Below, piece by piece: positions 33,900 to 48,725 of a stretch of DNA of 64,000 bases (positions within the stretch are counted from its first letter, which is position 1; the number at the start of each line of letters is the position of its first letter). The notes beneath the pieces were generated by a model. That model saw nothing but the letters and a program-made list of their open reading frames with translations, did no database searches and had not been told where the DNA came from. The stretch is from Selaginella moellendorffii (taxonomy: Eukaryota; Plantae; Lycopodiophyta): NCBI RefSeq assembly GCF_000143415.4, contig NW_003314269.1:2115544-2179543 (forward strand), given 5' to 3'. The translations under genes and the position numbers were made by a program.

Positions 33900-36800
33900 A
33901 AAAGAAAAATTCAAGAAAATTCAAGAAAAGAGGTTAGAGTTGTGTTGCCGCCAACTTTAAGGGATGTGCCGTATTATGCTCTATAGCTAGCATGTGCTAT
34001 GTCCAAATGGTGCTATGAGTGGCTTAGATCCTAAAGTGAGGCTCCTTTCTAGTAAGGATAAAGATTTGGAGCCAAGATAGTAGACTAAGTGGTCATAAGA
34101 GTGTTGTTTATCGAGCTTGTGGGGTTCCATAATAAAGTACATGGATTTATGAGTGTGCTCTGGAAAGGCAAAGTTAGTAAATAAGAGCAAACAATATTGT
34201 GGATATATGGTCCAAATAAAGGACTTTGGAAAGTCTGGATCTTCTTGGCATGAGTAAACACCACTTGTTGGGAACTATGTGATCCATGTTGTTTGAGATG
34301 TTGTTTGAGTTTCCCAGAATCTCCTAATCACTGAAAGTCGATTGCTAAAACACCAATAGTGTTATCACTCGCATGCTTTCATGTTGTCCCTAACTCCAAG
34401 CTTGACTAGAATCTCATTTGTTGTTGTTGAGAGAGCTGTGAAATCCCAAGAAGCTCGGTCCTCAAATAAAGAGGTTGAGGAGTTGGTCACTACTAGTGGT
34501 ACATGGGGAAGATCATCACCTTTTGTGAGCATGCACTCTAAACTAGAGTAAGGAGAAAAGTTGCATAGGATTGGCATCTAGCTGGATAAGAGCCTCCTAA
34601 ATGCCTCTTGAGCCACTGGAAGTGCCCATAGCAAAACAGTCCAATCAAATTTTCTCACCTTTAGCATGTAATAAATCTCTAAAATTGTGGTTGAGTTTTT
34701 CATGGAAGCAAGTTCTAATTGTGACAAGGACTATATAGCACTAGAACATATAGATATGGATGGTTTAGTAGTAGTGTTGGATGTAGAAAAAGTGTGGATG
34801 TTGAATACCACCATTTCCAATAGTGATGGATTGTTGAGGAGCTTGGGGAAGACAACAGCCAACTCAGCTAGAAAAGTAGTCCACTTGGGCACAAAAGTAT
34901 GCTTAGGCTGTGAAGTAGGAGTAGAAACCCTCTCCATCAAAGAACAGCCGTTGTAAAGCTTGTTGGTAGTGATCTTGTCACTAATTTACATCATCCTCTT
35001 CTTCCAGTATGTTTTAATATTGGGCTTGGAGGTGCTATATGCATCCCAAGATGATAAGATTGGTGAGGGAGTGTGAGTTCATTTGCTGAAAGTCCACCAC
35101 CATAAAATCCACCAGCAATGAGAACCCTTGGATTGATATCGGTACTTGGCAACATATGCCTAAGGGATCATAGTATGATTTCCAAAGGTTTTGAGGATGA
35201 CGGCTCTGTTGTTTTGGATCTACAGCCCAACAGACTTTGCCAATGCCAAGGAGATGATATTACTTCTTGAACTCGAATCCAAGAGTGCTTATGCTGTGAT
35301 GGTATCTTGCAAAGTAATCAATGCCATAAAAACTCCTAGATCTTGTGTTCCTATGATATCTATGATATGGATCTCCTCACCAACATGAAAAATATGTTGT
35401 CATAAACATGCAAGGGTTTCTAGCTGCTATCCAAATCTTGGGATTGATCACAAAAGTTGTCCAAGTGAAAGAGTGATGGAAGTGTGCATACTTGTTGCAG
35501 GATGTTTGTCAAAAGAGCTGAAGATGCTAGAGTCATGGGAGATGTAAGCCTACAGAAGATGTGCTATCAAGTTGAGAAGGTTCAACACCAATTATAGAGG
35601 ATTTAGCAAATGCCAACTTAAAGGGCAATTTGCATGCGATGGTTGGGTCTAAGACTTGTGGAACAATTGAGCCTTGCTCTCCATTGATGTCTAGGGCTGT
35701 TTGCTAATGTTTCTTTTGAGCTCGGTCACAGCTATGAGTGTCTTATTGTTGATGTTCATGTGGAGAGCCATTTCCTTTCCCTTTCTTGTCAATGGAGCGG
35801 CTTCAATTGCACATTGTTGGAGCTATTACTAATATCCATATAGAGGTGGCCAAAGTGTAGAGTTATTAACAAGTGAATGCTCTTAGACTCTTTGTCTCAT
35901 AAGAGGTCAAAACTTTAAATAGAGGTGATAACACCATTTTGTCAAGTGTCTACTTACCTCATAATGGTTATACCATCAATGGGGTCATCTAGTGCTATCT
36001 CTATTTGCTAGAGTCTCAATGCCTTAAGCTCATCAAGAATGGCGGAGTTGTTGTTGTTGTTGCAAGAAAGCTTGCTATTGATGCTCAAGGAAGCCTTTGT
36101 ACTAGCAAAGTTCTATGATGGTAGATTTCAACAATTGTGGGATTCTCTCTTTCGTAACTCTGGAAGCAAGTTGGCAAGAAACTGTTGTGATTAGATGCTT
36201 CAGAAGGTGGCTAAATGGAGATTGGGCAACTTGAGAAACACCTAGAGTGAGGCAAAACTCATCACCTCCCTTAGCATACTTAAAAGCTAAATGACATTTA
36301 CACTTAAGAAGTTTGTGTTGGATGAGCTGCTTTAGTCCCTAGATAAAAGTGGCAACTATATGAGGTCTAGGATTTGGGTGAGGCATAGCTTCCAATGTTG
36401 CCTGAACCACTAGATATAGTCAATAATAGATTCATGCTGTCAAAAAGAAAAAAAAATTGGTGTGAAGCTATTGGAGATCCTTCTCTTGTCCAAACATCTT
36501 GAGAAAAAGCCTTGTCACCTTTGTGTATCACTTCTATTTTGTATCCAAGATTGACTCTGCTCAAATCTAAGCTTATCCATGCATTGATTGAAGAAAGTAG
36601 TTATGTTTGCCCACATTTATTGTAATTCCATTTGAGTCACAAAAGACCTCAAATTCCACTCTATGACTCTGTGCTGATGAAGCTCCATGTGTGAAGAGGG
36701 ATAAATCCACATTCTGCTATATAATATAGATTAGATTAGCCATCTTTATGGGCTGCTGCAAATCCCTAGGCAAAGTATCTTCTAGATTCGATGAATCCTT

Positions 36801-37400
36801 CCTCATGGAAATCAAGCTCTCATATTAAATGCAAAAACTTACCTTTAAAAGTGGAGACTAGTCCTTGCCAAATTGATCCTCTAAGTGATTGTGAATGTGT
36901 TGTCATTGACATAAAATGCTTAAGTCATTGCAAATGCTTAAACGTGGTAAATGTTGCAAAGTGGCAGCCTAATTCAGCAAATTGAATCTTCCCAAATGCC
37001 TTAAGCAAAGCCCACAACCAAAATAAATTGTCATTAGTGTTCTAATGACAAAACCTCCAAGCCCACTCAACCACTTTGACATGGCTTTGCATAGTCATAT
37101 GACTCCAAATTTCTTCATGTTTCAGCTCCGATTCTTAGCATGGTGTCTTCAATCATGGAGCCTTCACAGACACCATTCTCATCATGGAGATCCAGTTTGA
37201 CCACAACCACACAACACATTCGATTTCATGGAAGCTTTCCCAAGCATCAACACTTTGTTCGCCCACTAAACTTCTAGAAGCACTTAGAGTGACTTTCTCC
37301 TCTTCAGCAGCATTAACATTCCCCATCCAAGAGCAGCCAACATAGCCTAACATCATGCTCCAAGTCTCATATCAATGTCTTTTGCGACCTCAAATTCTCT
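33900..37400 (-). mobile_element. Highly degraded retroelement sequence, possibly LINE-like
   Basis: Only short broken ORFs; codon-like texture on the minus strand but no confidently readable catalytic motif. Confidence 0.3.
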
Positions 37401-39298
37401 CGACATTGCAAGCATTGGATTATCATGCCTACCTTCAGCTTGACTTTCAAAAGAATCCAGTGCCTTCTTTAGGATTCCCTTTGCCCTCTAGAGGCAAGCT
37501 TCTTCAAGACAACACTCAAGAAAAACTCGACTCACCGTCTTCTTCACTAGCGGTGAATTTTTTCCTCTCTTTAGGTTTTTTAGATTTCTTTTCTTTTCCT
37601 CTTTATTTTCAATTTTTTCTCATATCCTTCCAAGCAGTCTTCTTTTGTAGACACAAACTCAAGGTTGGATTTCAGCCTTGGAGTGGTATTAACTCCATTT
37701 GTTTAGGAGTTTATTCTTTCGGCTTTTCCTCTTTGTTCCTAGGTTCTTGTCTCTATCACTTTCAACAACACATCCTCCTCTTCATTTCCATCCACTTACA
37801 TTCATACATCACTCTATTCACTTTCATAATCACTACATTCCATCATCACAAATACCTAATCTTAGTTTTTCATCATTTCCACATGGTACTTGGGATCTTC
37901 CAAGATCACTTTATCAACTATGCTATATCTTTTGTCTTTGACATTCAAAAAGCTTGATTTTTTCTGTGTTGTATTGCTAAAGTTTGCCTTGACTCCTAGG
38001 CTGTCCTTGTGGCAGAAATGCCGCTTCAAGCGAAGTCTGAACAAATCTAAAGACATTCCAACTCTTTTCTTCAATCACTTAGGCCTGTATAGAATAGGCA
38101 TCTTGACCCTCATTAGTGGAGTAAAAAACTCTCTACATCCACATGCTTTTAGCTGCATTTGGCTATAGAAGCCACTTCATCTTGGTTCATGGCACGCTCT
38201 ACATGAAATCCTAATGACATATTAGCTATTACTTCCAGTCTTGCTACATCATATTAGATATGGTCCTCTTTTTCATCATCTACCACATGTTCAATGCATT
38301 CACTCCACTTTTTCTTCTATAGAACTTTGAGGATGAGTTGGGCATGTTCAAGGAATTTCTTGGAGGTGTGAAGACTTACAAGGCTAGAGTCTAGATTCAT
38401 GCTTTGTTTTTCTATTGTTTTTTCTTTTTGTTATTTTTCCCAACTTGAGTGTCTAATTTTAGCTTAGAGTTTTTCCCATGTGATTTTCCCTCTAACCCAA
38501 AATTTTACACTTCATTTCCCTTTTCACTTTTTCAACTTTTTCTCCTTCTTTCCTTTGTCTTCTCTTGTTTCTATCATTTAGAGTAGTTATTAGCTCTTGG
38601 CATCAGACTTCGTCAACTTGGTTATGGATTCTTACCACATCAAACACACACACACATATATTGATATGACTTTTTGGTCAAAAGTTAATAGAAGTGATGG
38701 GATTAACTTTAGATGATCTTGGAATTTAATATGCAATAAAAATAATTAGGAACCTTAAAATTGTCAAAGAAAATAATGAACAAGCGAGCCAATAATATTG
38801 ATAAATTCACACCATCCCAAGTATATCACTAGAGAATGAAGAGGACTAGTGCCACAACTACAAGCTCAACCTCAACACTTTTATCAAAAAGTTTCAAAAT
38901 TAAGAAACAATAAACATGTAAAAATTACAAATACTTGATCAAAGGAGGCAAAAATAACATATTCAAAGGCATTAGAGTTGAAAGTGGAAGTTAATAGCAT
39001 CAACATCAAGTAGCATATTGTAATCTTGAGTATGCAGTTATTAGTTATAAAATTAATACTACAAACAAGAAAATTTACAAAATCACAATCAACTAGATCC
39101 CAAGTTACACTTGCACATAATTCCTTCAATGTCAAACTTTTAGTACATCTTTCATCCCTAATAAGTAATATATTTTGTATATTGTATGCTTCTTAGGATA
39201 AATCCAAATAAAATCAAATGAAACTTTAGATTTATATTGAAAAAGAATTAGATATTAATATTGTATTGAAATTTAATATAATTAAAAATAATTATAAG

Positions 39299-41972
39299 TG
39301 TGAGTGCATGGAATATAAAAAGGGAATACAGAAAATGTATATATCAATTAGCCCAAAAACCCTAGCTTATATACAAAAGCGAGTGGTCCAAATTAAAACC
39401 AATCTAACAGTTACCAAAATCCCACTATGCTAATATTAGTATATAGCATCATAGCTATACACTTGGACTTAACATCATTCGCTCATCTCAAAATAATAAA
39501 AGCCCATCAGGGTTCTCTTGTAGATGGGCCAGGATTTGGACGAACGTCAAAAGGAGATATTGGCGAATCTGTAGGTGGTATTAGTTGTTCTTGATCCCTT
39601 TGTACGAAACATTTCAACCATTGGATATGCACAATTTTTAAAGGATCAGCTTGCTAGACATCATATCGAACCTTATAAACTTGTAATCAAATTTGCTGCA
39701 ACATCTGATACGGACCTTTTCACTGAGCAAGGAGCCCCTTAGATAAACCATGTATTATAGGATGAGGAAAACAGACTAACACCAAATCATCCACTTTGTA
39801 CTCCGCAAGTGGACAATGATGGGAGTTATAGCGCTATTGTTATCCCACTTGTACCTGGCCTAAGTGTTTGGCAAACTCGACTTGAACAAGTGGAAGAATG
39901 CTCGTCAAATACTAATCCCACGACTTACCATCGGTAGTTCATGGCAATCACAAAGGTAAACCCAGCTTTGTTGGTAATATTAGATCATGATCATATAAGA
40001 GTTTATATGGTGAAGCATTAACAGAACGCTACACCCCTATAACATATGCATACCGAAGAAAAAGCAAATAACCATCTCAATCCAAATACTAAAAGTTCAT
40101 GTACTTCGCGATCATTCCTTTGAATATCCAAATGAGTCATTCCACTAAACCATTTAACTGTGGATAATAAACACTCGTGAAAGTGTGGCATATCCCCAAC
40201 CGAAATGTCAAAATATAAAATGCCTTAGCCATAAATATGGAACCATTATCTGAAAGAATCCACTCCAAACAAGAATGTTGAAACACTACTCGATTGAGAA
40301 GGAAGTATGCAATAGCAATTGTAAAGGTGCTAGCAAGAGCACTAACTTCCACCCAATGAATCAAATAATCAAAAGCAATAATAATATACTCATTGCCAGT
40401 AGTCAATCGTGGAAAAGGTCCCATAAAATCAAACACTACCAACTCAAATGGACGGGAAATTGCAATTGACTCTAACCATCCTTTCATGACACAAGGGTGA
40501 GTATTACGAACTTAGCACCAAACGCAACTATGCACATATTGAATAACATCACGTAATATCTCTGACCAATAGAAAAACCTGAATAACTTTTCGGTCACAC
40601 AACAATATCCTATATGCCCGTATAGAACAAAAGAATCATAGTAGGCATAAAGAAACCATGGAATAAAAACAAAAGGCACCACTAGCCATAAATGATCATT
40701 AGGATTCGTTCCTACAAAATAAAGAAGATCGATATTGAGAATGTAAATGCCAAAATGGCAAGTCATTAACAAGTGATGCAAGATCCTCAAACCCATCTCG
40801 AAGTCTTCAGATTTATAGCTCAATCTTTTGAGCCTCGTGAACTTCATCAAGAAAAGATAAATCTTGCTCTATATCTTGTAGACACTAAACATTAAGTATA
40901 ACAACTGCCAACGGCAAAGAATCCTCATTTAAAAAATCCATAGATAATGGTATTAAACACTCATTTATCATAAAGTAGTTCACTTTCGCTAGTTGTAATA
41001 TATAATTAATGTATGCAATGGGATAATGTTGAAGATCAATACATCTTCAAGACTAATATCAAAAATATCTATATGCAAAATGAAAGGTTGAATGTAATCA
41101 AGATACACCAAAATTGAGAAAATTGTCAACACTTCTTTTAGATTTATAAATGCCCTCTTGTAATCCTTAGACTAGATGAAATATGATATGAATAATTTAG
41201 TATACAATAGTTCAATACAATCAAAAGAGATTAATAAAACAATCAAGACATTACACCTTGCTAAAGAAGTATTACACATCATTCACACTTGCAAACTTTC
41301 ATAAGAAATGTAAAACTTAAATTAAGTCATGTTTTGGATCCAAACACACAATTTGACCACTTTAATTTTAAATCAACTTCTCACAACATCACAGACATTC
41401 TCTTTTTACATCCCTTTTAAGTGGATCAAGATACAATTAATAAAATCAACAGTCATCTCTAGCATATCACAAAAATTTCACTATTATTTACTAAAAAGTT
41501 ATTAGAGCATTATTCAATTTGAATGACATCATTAATAACTCATATAAACTAAATGGGGTATGGAAAATAGTTTTGGGAACATCCTCTTTAGCCATCGACA
41601 CTTATTAGTACCCAAAAACAAAATCTAATTTAGTGAACTAACAACTTTGCTCCAAAAGGTTTAGAAAATTGGTAATGTGAGGAAGAGGGTATATATCCAA
41701 GATCATCACATCATTTAACAAATGATAATTAATATAAAAACATATATTCTTATCAAGCTTTGTCATAAAATGAAACTTATACATTTAAAGACTTTAAGTC
41801 TTTTAAATAATATTTTTCTCTGTGAGTGCATGGAATATAGAAAAGGAATACAGAAATGTGCATATCAATTACCCCAAAAACCCTAGCTTACATACAGGAG
41901 CGAGTGGTCTAAATTGAAACCAATCCGATAGTTACCAAAATCCCACTACGCTAATATTAGTATACGGCATTG
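39299..41972 (-). mobile_element. Degraded gypsy/Ginger-type integrase remnant flanked by ~150-bp direct repeats
   Basis: GHIG...FYW..ILRDVIQYVHSCVWC, PFELVVFDFMGPFP, ILSDNGSIF, YYPQLNGLVE (40137-40850). Repeats beginning TGTGAGTGCATGGAATAT at about 39299-39450 and 41821-41972. Confidence 0.7.
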
Positions 41973-42299
41973 TAAGGATTGAGGGTCATTAACTTATTCA
42001 TACAAAATCCTTTCACTACTTACATGATTTCTCATTTTACAGAAAAATCCTAATATCAAAACCTTGCATAAATAAAATGTTCTTAGTATGAAGGACTTCA
42101 CTTAAGAAATGGAAAATGCCAATCTAAAAAACACTAATAATGCTAATACATATGGCTATAATTATGGATCTAGTAAAATTTGCATCCTAGAACCAATGTG
42201 CACAGTTGAAGATAACTAACATGAATGCCATTGGAAGACTCTTTCTCTGTGTCTGCTATCTAGAGTGATCCAACTTGATCTCACATCTGTCGTCTATTG

Positions 42300-44525
42300 G
42301 CAATTAGCGGAAATCCCTGATATTCCTTTGCTGCGCATTTGCAGCGCCCGGCTGGTGCGTCATCAGGAGAGGCGCAAGCTCTTCTGGGCGGACGCCATGC
42401 TGTTCGCGTCTTCTACAAATGGCGCAGCACCGTGGGTAATAAGTATTTGGCGCGCAGCATCCATGAAATCTATGCCCGCGATGGCATCGCGCCCCTCTTC
42501 CCGTCCTTCCTCGATGAGCTGCACCACTTCTCGTGCTCCGAGCATCACGTTGATAAGGTGCGCTACGATATCTGCAAAAGGCATGGGTATACAAGCCGCT
42601 TGGCTCTGGATCTCTGCTGCTAACCCAAACCGACAGGAAATCTCGAGAATGAGATCCCTGACCAACTCTGCTCAAAAGGTCGTTGTGATTGGGGCATGCT
42701 AGTTCCTTCCCTGAATCACAGACACACTTCCAGCTCCTTGAGTTGAGCACTTGTCATACTTGTGAGACGAGTCAAATTGTTGACATGTAGTCGCCAGAAT
42801 TTCAATGAGCGAGAGAGTTGTTCCATCTTCCAGCTCCACACCATCATCTTGTTGGCGGAAAGACTGAGCTAGTTTAGTCTCGGTAACACAATGATCCCTT
42901 TTTACCGAGAGAAAAGCTGGCACAGGGGCTCTGTCACGTCGAAAACGTGGTGGAGGGGCTTGATTTGGACTCGAACGCTTTGGGAGGTGTTGTCAAGGCT
43001 TGAAGCAGCAGAGTAGCTTATCAATCGCTGGAAAGCAGACAAAGAATCAGTACCGAAGGAACTGAAGTCTAGAAACATACAGTCATGCAACTTCTCGTCT
43101 GTCCAATAATCCTCTTCGTCTTCCTCGTCTTTCACCTGCAAAAATCGAGTCAAACGAGAAGAAAAGAAAAGTGAGTTTCTTACCGAATCCAACAGACTAA
43201 TCATGATGGGACGGAATGCCGGATTGCGCCAGAAACATGCATCTGGATCCCAGCCAGGAGCGATCAAGTACGTAGACCATTTTCTTTTCTTCAAGCCTTT
43301 TCACGTTTTTCCGTTTTCTTCTTTCCTAGCAGGACATCAAAAGATCATGGACGCTCTCAGCATTCGACTGACAGATTCGCGGGTCTTCGTTCCAAAGTCG
43401 AGCTTCACTCCACAGTTTTGGAGCTCCATTGTCCGACGAGGGCCATGAGCAACCTCTTCTTCTAGTGGCTCCAATGCCCCGATGGCCAGGGCAAACACCA
43501 ATATATTATGGTGGACAGATCAACGAGGCCTACAGACAACAGGGTCTACCACTCTGCCAAAACTCCCCTTCGCCCACTTATCAGAGGAATGAGTTTGGGC
43601 GCAATATGAGATATGGCGAGAGTGCATGCCTTCTGGCATTCTCCAGATCAATGCCGAGCAGAGCTTTGTGAACTTCGTGGCCGCAGTATGTGTGCAAGAA
43701 GATTCGAGTTCTCTGACGGACTGGCGACCGGACGACATGCTGTACTGGGCGTCTTCTGGAAGCTACCATTTGCTAAAGCCAGTGCTGGGTGGAGACCACA
43801 AGGCAAATGAAGTGGTTTTTATATTTTTTATCGGTGAGTGTGGGAGTGAAATCTTAGTGATTTGATTTACTGTGTCTTCTTGCAGGACTTGAACACACAT
43901 GACGCGTTTCTTGTGAGGAATATCAAGGTCGAATACATGGAAAATTTCATTGAAAGCCCAGAAGAGTTTGAGATTGTTTTCCGGGAAATAAATTTACCAG
44001 GTAGAGTTCAATCTGAGATATGTTGTTTGTTAACGGGATCTGAGTGCAGAGTGCACGAGAGCTAGCATGGAGCGTCGCTTGGACGGCCCGACGATAGTTC
44101 GCTGCAGAAACGTCAACTTCGAGTGCTTCCGTCATGGTAGAGGAGGCCTATAAGCGAAAGCTCTCGTCGAAGTGGCAAGGATTTGGAGAGTTTGTTCCAC
44201 AGCTGGCGTATTAATGGGAGCGTAGCAGAGAACACCACAGAGAAAGATATCGCGGAATGCAGTCGTGCAGCAAGTGACTATCCGGGAGAAAGGATTGCTC
44301 CTGTGACGCGGGGCCAAGAAGTGGGACCTTGTGTCGTCAGGCTCGTCAAGGATTGCTCTGCTTTTCTTTTGCTCTGCTCGTTCTCTAATCTGGTTTTTAA
44401 ATCTCTTGCAGGATTTGACTACGAACGCAAGAAACGAGCCTAGAGAACAAATTAATGTTTTCCTGAAGGCAAGGAAGACAATATCAGACCAAAGAGATTA
44501 CTGGAAGTGTTATGTAAGTGCTTGA
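42300..44525. other. Gene-like or pseudogene fragments of unknown family
   Basis: GC-richer coding-like segments with short GT-AG introns on both strands; no recognisable motif; in-frame stops. Confidence 0.3.
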
Positions 44526-44716
44526 ATTTTCTCTTGAAACAGTTTGTCATTGACATTCGACATGGAGGCGTTGCTGTTTAGTCGCCTTTTCCGGTTTCTA
44601 GCTCTTCATGTGCATTGACACGGTAAGTACAAGCCTCGCCTGAAGATGTAATAAAAATTGAACTACTTACATTTCTAAATTATAATTGTTTTCAATGAGA
44701 ATCTTAAAATGGAATT

Positions 44717-46209
44717 TTAAAGACTTGTGCCTTTTCTATTCTGTGATAACCAGTTAGCCATCCTCTTAATGGCTTCTTGGTTGGTTTCATTCCCAACATC
44801 TTGCCAGGTACCCGTTTCCAAATTCACCATTTGCACTCGCCGTTCCAACAAGCCTTTCCCAACCATGGCCAGCTTCTTCAAATTCTCCAAGCTCGAGTTG
44901 TCAACTTCCGCAATGCTGCCCTCGAGCTCCGGCGTCTGTCAAAAAGAAAAATTCCAAATCCACGACATTTGTCAAACTCGAACTTTTCTAGTACCTGAAT
45001 CCGAAGGAAGTTCTGCTCGCACACACTAAGTCGGAAGAGCGACGAGATGGTGTGGTCAACAATGTCGGCGCTTGCGTTAGAGAGCATGTTGATGATTGGA
45101 GCCCCGTTCTCATGAACCACCCAGCCGAGAGCCCCCCATTTTGCTATCTCCTTGGCCGTGTAGCTCACGGTTTGATCGCCACAACCAAGAGATATGACCA
45201 GCAACTCCTCGAACCTCTGATAGCAATTCACAATAGCTAACACGAATGAAATATAGTTATCTATATACCTCGAGCAGTTTAGTGCCTACCAATCCTGGAT
45301 CCTGAGCTTCTGAATCCTTCAGAGCTTGAACAATGGCTAGAAAAGTCTTCACATAGATAGAAATTAGTTGAGTAAAAGGACTAGAGCTTTAAAGACCGTA
45401 TGAAAAATTACTGGATTGTTTGCGGCGAGGCCACCGTCAACCAGGTTGAATTCCACTCCCGTAGGCATCTGGAAATATTTTGGAGGCAGATAAGTTGGAG
45501 CCGCGGTGGTGCCCCGGACAACATCTCGGAGAAACGCATTCTTGGATTCGTTTGTTTTGGCCTGGAAGTCTTGAACTTCTTAAATATCAGAACACAAAAT
45601 CATGGACACAAACCTCTGAAGTTGTGAAGAACACAGGCTGCTGGAGTTTAGTGTCAAAGGTTGGAATGACGAGAGGAACGAGTGTGTCTCTCATCTTCAA
45701 GTCGCCAATATACTCGTGGAGAAGGCTCTCCATAGGCTTCTCGGAGTACTTTGGCCCGAAGAGTCCAGCAGCGCTTTTGAGACTGTTCAGAGTGAGAATT
45801 CATTGCTAGGAGCTCGAAAGTTTTTTCCAGCTGAAAAAGAACAAGGAGAACATACAAGTACTGCGGGAATATCTTCTGCGCATTCGCAAAGTAGAACCCA
45901 GTGATCTCTTTTGCCATGAACATTGGCCGATTGTCTTTGCCAGGAGTCCCCAGCATTGCGGCGATGATCCCTCCGGTGCTGGTTCCAGCAATGGTGTCAA
46001 AGTAATCCGCGAGCCTGACACTAGGACCATCTAGCTCCTGACAGAGAGAGATCAGATCAAAGCCAATAAAGATGACTCTGCTTTGATAATTTTCCCAAAG
46101 AAACCTGTAAGCAATCCTCAAGGTACTCAAGAATTGTTGCGGGAATAACACCCCTCACTCCACCTCCATCGATGCTCAAGATGCACTTCCTCCTCCTGCT
46201 TGTTTCCAT
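44717..46209 (-). CDS. Patatin-like phospholipase A (pPLA-II type), multi-exon
   Basis: [19 protein letters not shown] (GxSxG), [26 protein letters not shown] motifs. Confidence 0.9.
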
Positions 46210-47208
46210 GAAATTCTTGTGCGATGGATAATTGTAAACAGGTGTAGTTGTGCCAACATTGGATCATGCATATATTCAGGATCCGTGACGTGTTTGTTAT
46301 TTGCCCGTCTTACGAGACGTGCCTGTGAAAACCAACAGTGCAACATTTCTCTAACATGCAGCATGGACGATATATTGATCTCAAGACACCTATATCTTTT
46401 CCAAATACATACGCAATTGGATGCCTTGCGTAATTCTGTATTTTAGTTGCGTGTACGTGTAAAGAGATAAATTTAGAAATCCTATCAGTTTGCGTTTCTT
46501 GCGCTCTTCAGACAGCTGGGTTGAATGGTGTTAAATTTGCAAACCTGCGAATGGCCTCCCCGTTGTAAAAGTTGACCCCCTTATACATGTGGAAGTGGTG
46601 GTTTAGCGGCGGTGCGGCAGCCCAATGGGAAGCTGTTAGCGCGGTTCACCCACAAGCTCGATGTCTAGTAAGTTCTAGCAAGATCCGGCCCTAACTTTGC
46701 GTCGTCTTGCAGCACGGTGCAGTCGTGCTCAACGAAAAGCTTTATGTTGTTGGGGGACGCTGTGAGGACACACCTGAGCGATGCGCTGGTAAACTTCTTC
46801 TGGCTTGGTGTTTCGCTACGATGTCGTGAATTTTTCCGCAAGGTTTTCGATTTGAGAAACTCGACTTGGACTCCACAGCTGTCTCCTAATGTTGACCAGG
46901 TCGGCAAGGTTGGCCGGCTTCGAATACTCAACTTGCTGGATGTCTGATCCAAGAACAAACTACATGGATCTCTCTTATTTGGATTCTTACGCACAGCCCG
47001 AGCTAAAAAAGCGCCGAGACCACCATATCCGAGCTTGCGTTGAGGGCCACATTCGTTATTAGCTGTGTCACCCACCATCCCGCGGCGTTCTTGTCACAGT
47101 TTGGTTGCCACAGCTAAGTGATAACACGAGCAAATGCTCAAACCCCTGGAAACCACATACCCAGCAGCACCACCCTGTGGTTTTGGAAGGCACATACTTT
47201 TGATGGAT

Positions 47209-48226
47209 CTACTTGGGATTAACGCTACACTCGGTGGGAGGTGATGGATTCCTGTTGGTGTCTAGGCAGTAGTCATATATCAAGAACTTGGATCTCACCA
47301 CGCCCAGCGCTTGCTCTTCTTGAACGCTCAGCTCCCACGAACTCGGCCCATCCCACCAGTGGCTGCTCGTGTTTGCGAGGCACGCAGCGTCCCCTTCGTC
47401 GCATCCATCCACGGCGAATTCGGCGTAGGACGCCACGAACGGCGCTCCACTCCAGTCGATCTTCTCTTTTCCACCGCGCGTCGCCCAGCCGTCGGCGTTC
47501 CAGATGCTCGAGATGAGCCGCATTGGCTGTTTGGACGGGAACACGTCTTGGGTGGCGCTTGTGAGCCTGTGGACGCGGACGGGGGTCTTGTCGACGTAGA
47601 ACCTGCGACTCGGAGATAAGATCGAGCAAATGAATGAAAGGAAAGCTTACACAATGTGATGCTTGTTCCAGAGGAACGAGTAAGCGTGGAAGTCTTGAGA
47701 GGGATCAAACCAGAGCATCAGCCGCTGCTCCCTCTCTCCCTTTCCATTGCTATAGACGTTGGTTTGCAAAGTATATGGCTGCCCGGATCGGTTGCCAAGG
47801 AACTCGAAGTCGAGCTCATCTCGGTTGTCGGTCTCGGACGATAGCTGCGAAACAAAGGAAATAAAAGTTGAAGCATCGAGAAAGACGAAGATTTACGTAG
47901 TAAGCAGTGACAACTCCGGCTGAATCACCCGGAACCAGCTTGAGATTCATGCTGATGAATCCAAACAGGTACTTTTTTATCGTCGAGAAGGCGGATCCTA
48001 CAAAGAAAACGTAAAGGAAAATCAGTAGACTATTGAAAGAATGTTACTTACCAGAGTTGCTATCGAGCATCAGCTGCACAAGGCTCCCATTTTCTCCAGT
48101 TGTTTGTACATGGTCGTCAGCCCACATAACAGAGAAATTCTCGTCGAAAGTTGGAGGCCGCTGCTTGGCCTGCGCGAAGCTAACAGCAAGCAAAAGAACA
48201 AAACCAGCAACAAACAAACGCTCCAT
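47209..48226 (-). CDS. XTH: Xyloglucan endotransglucosylase/hydrolase (GH16)
   Basis: Signal peptide; [10 protein letters not shown] catalytic motif; [13 protein letters not shown]; IYDYC; 4 exons. Confidence 0.95.
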
Positions 48227-48725
48227 TCTTCTCTCTCAGTCACTCACCAACAAGCACTCCCTCCTTTCTTCCAATCCCATAAATACTACCGAGGAAGAAT
48301 TCTCTCTGTAAAGCTCATCAAGATTTTAGTGGTAGTTTGAAATAAAGGAAGAAAACGTTAACTGATGCAGGCCAAAAGGCTAAAAAGGGCTGATTGCTTC
48401 AAAAGCAGTGCTGGACAGATCCAGCTTTCTTTTGTTCTGACCTCGTCTCTCAACATTTTTTGGCTCGGCTGTAGAGCTGCAGTACAAAGGACTTTTTTTA
48501 GCGTTGCAATACTTAAGCACCAATTAATACAAATAACCTGGGGTGCATAACGCTCTCCTCCACTTCTTCACACTCTCATGACGATCGGTACTGTCTCTAA
48601 ATACTCATCGCAATCATTATCGAGAATCAGTCACAATGAGATTTGCTTAACGTACCCATGGAGTACAACAGCAAAATGCAACTCTGGCTGTGTTCGATTT
48701 GATAGTTTTTTCTCTCTATATGGTA

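Noticed and set aside
37355-37957. 200-aa hydrophobic ORF as a membrane protein
   Set aside because: T/C-rich low-complexity strand of decayed TE DNA with no motif.
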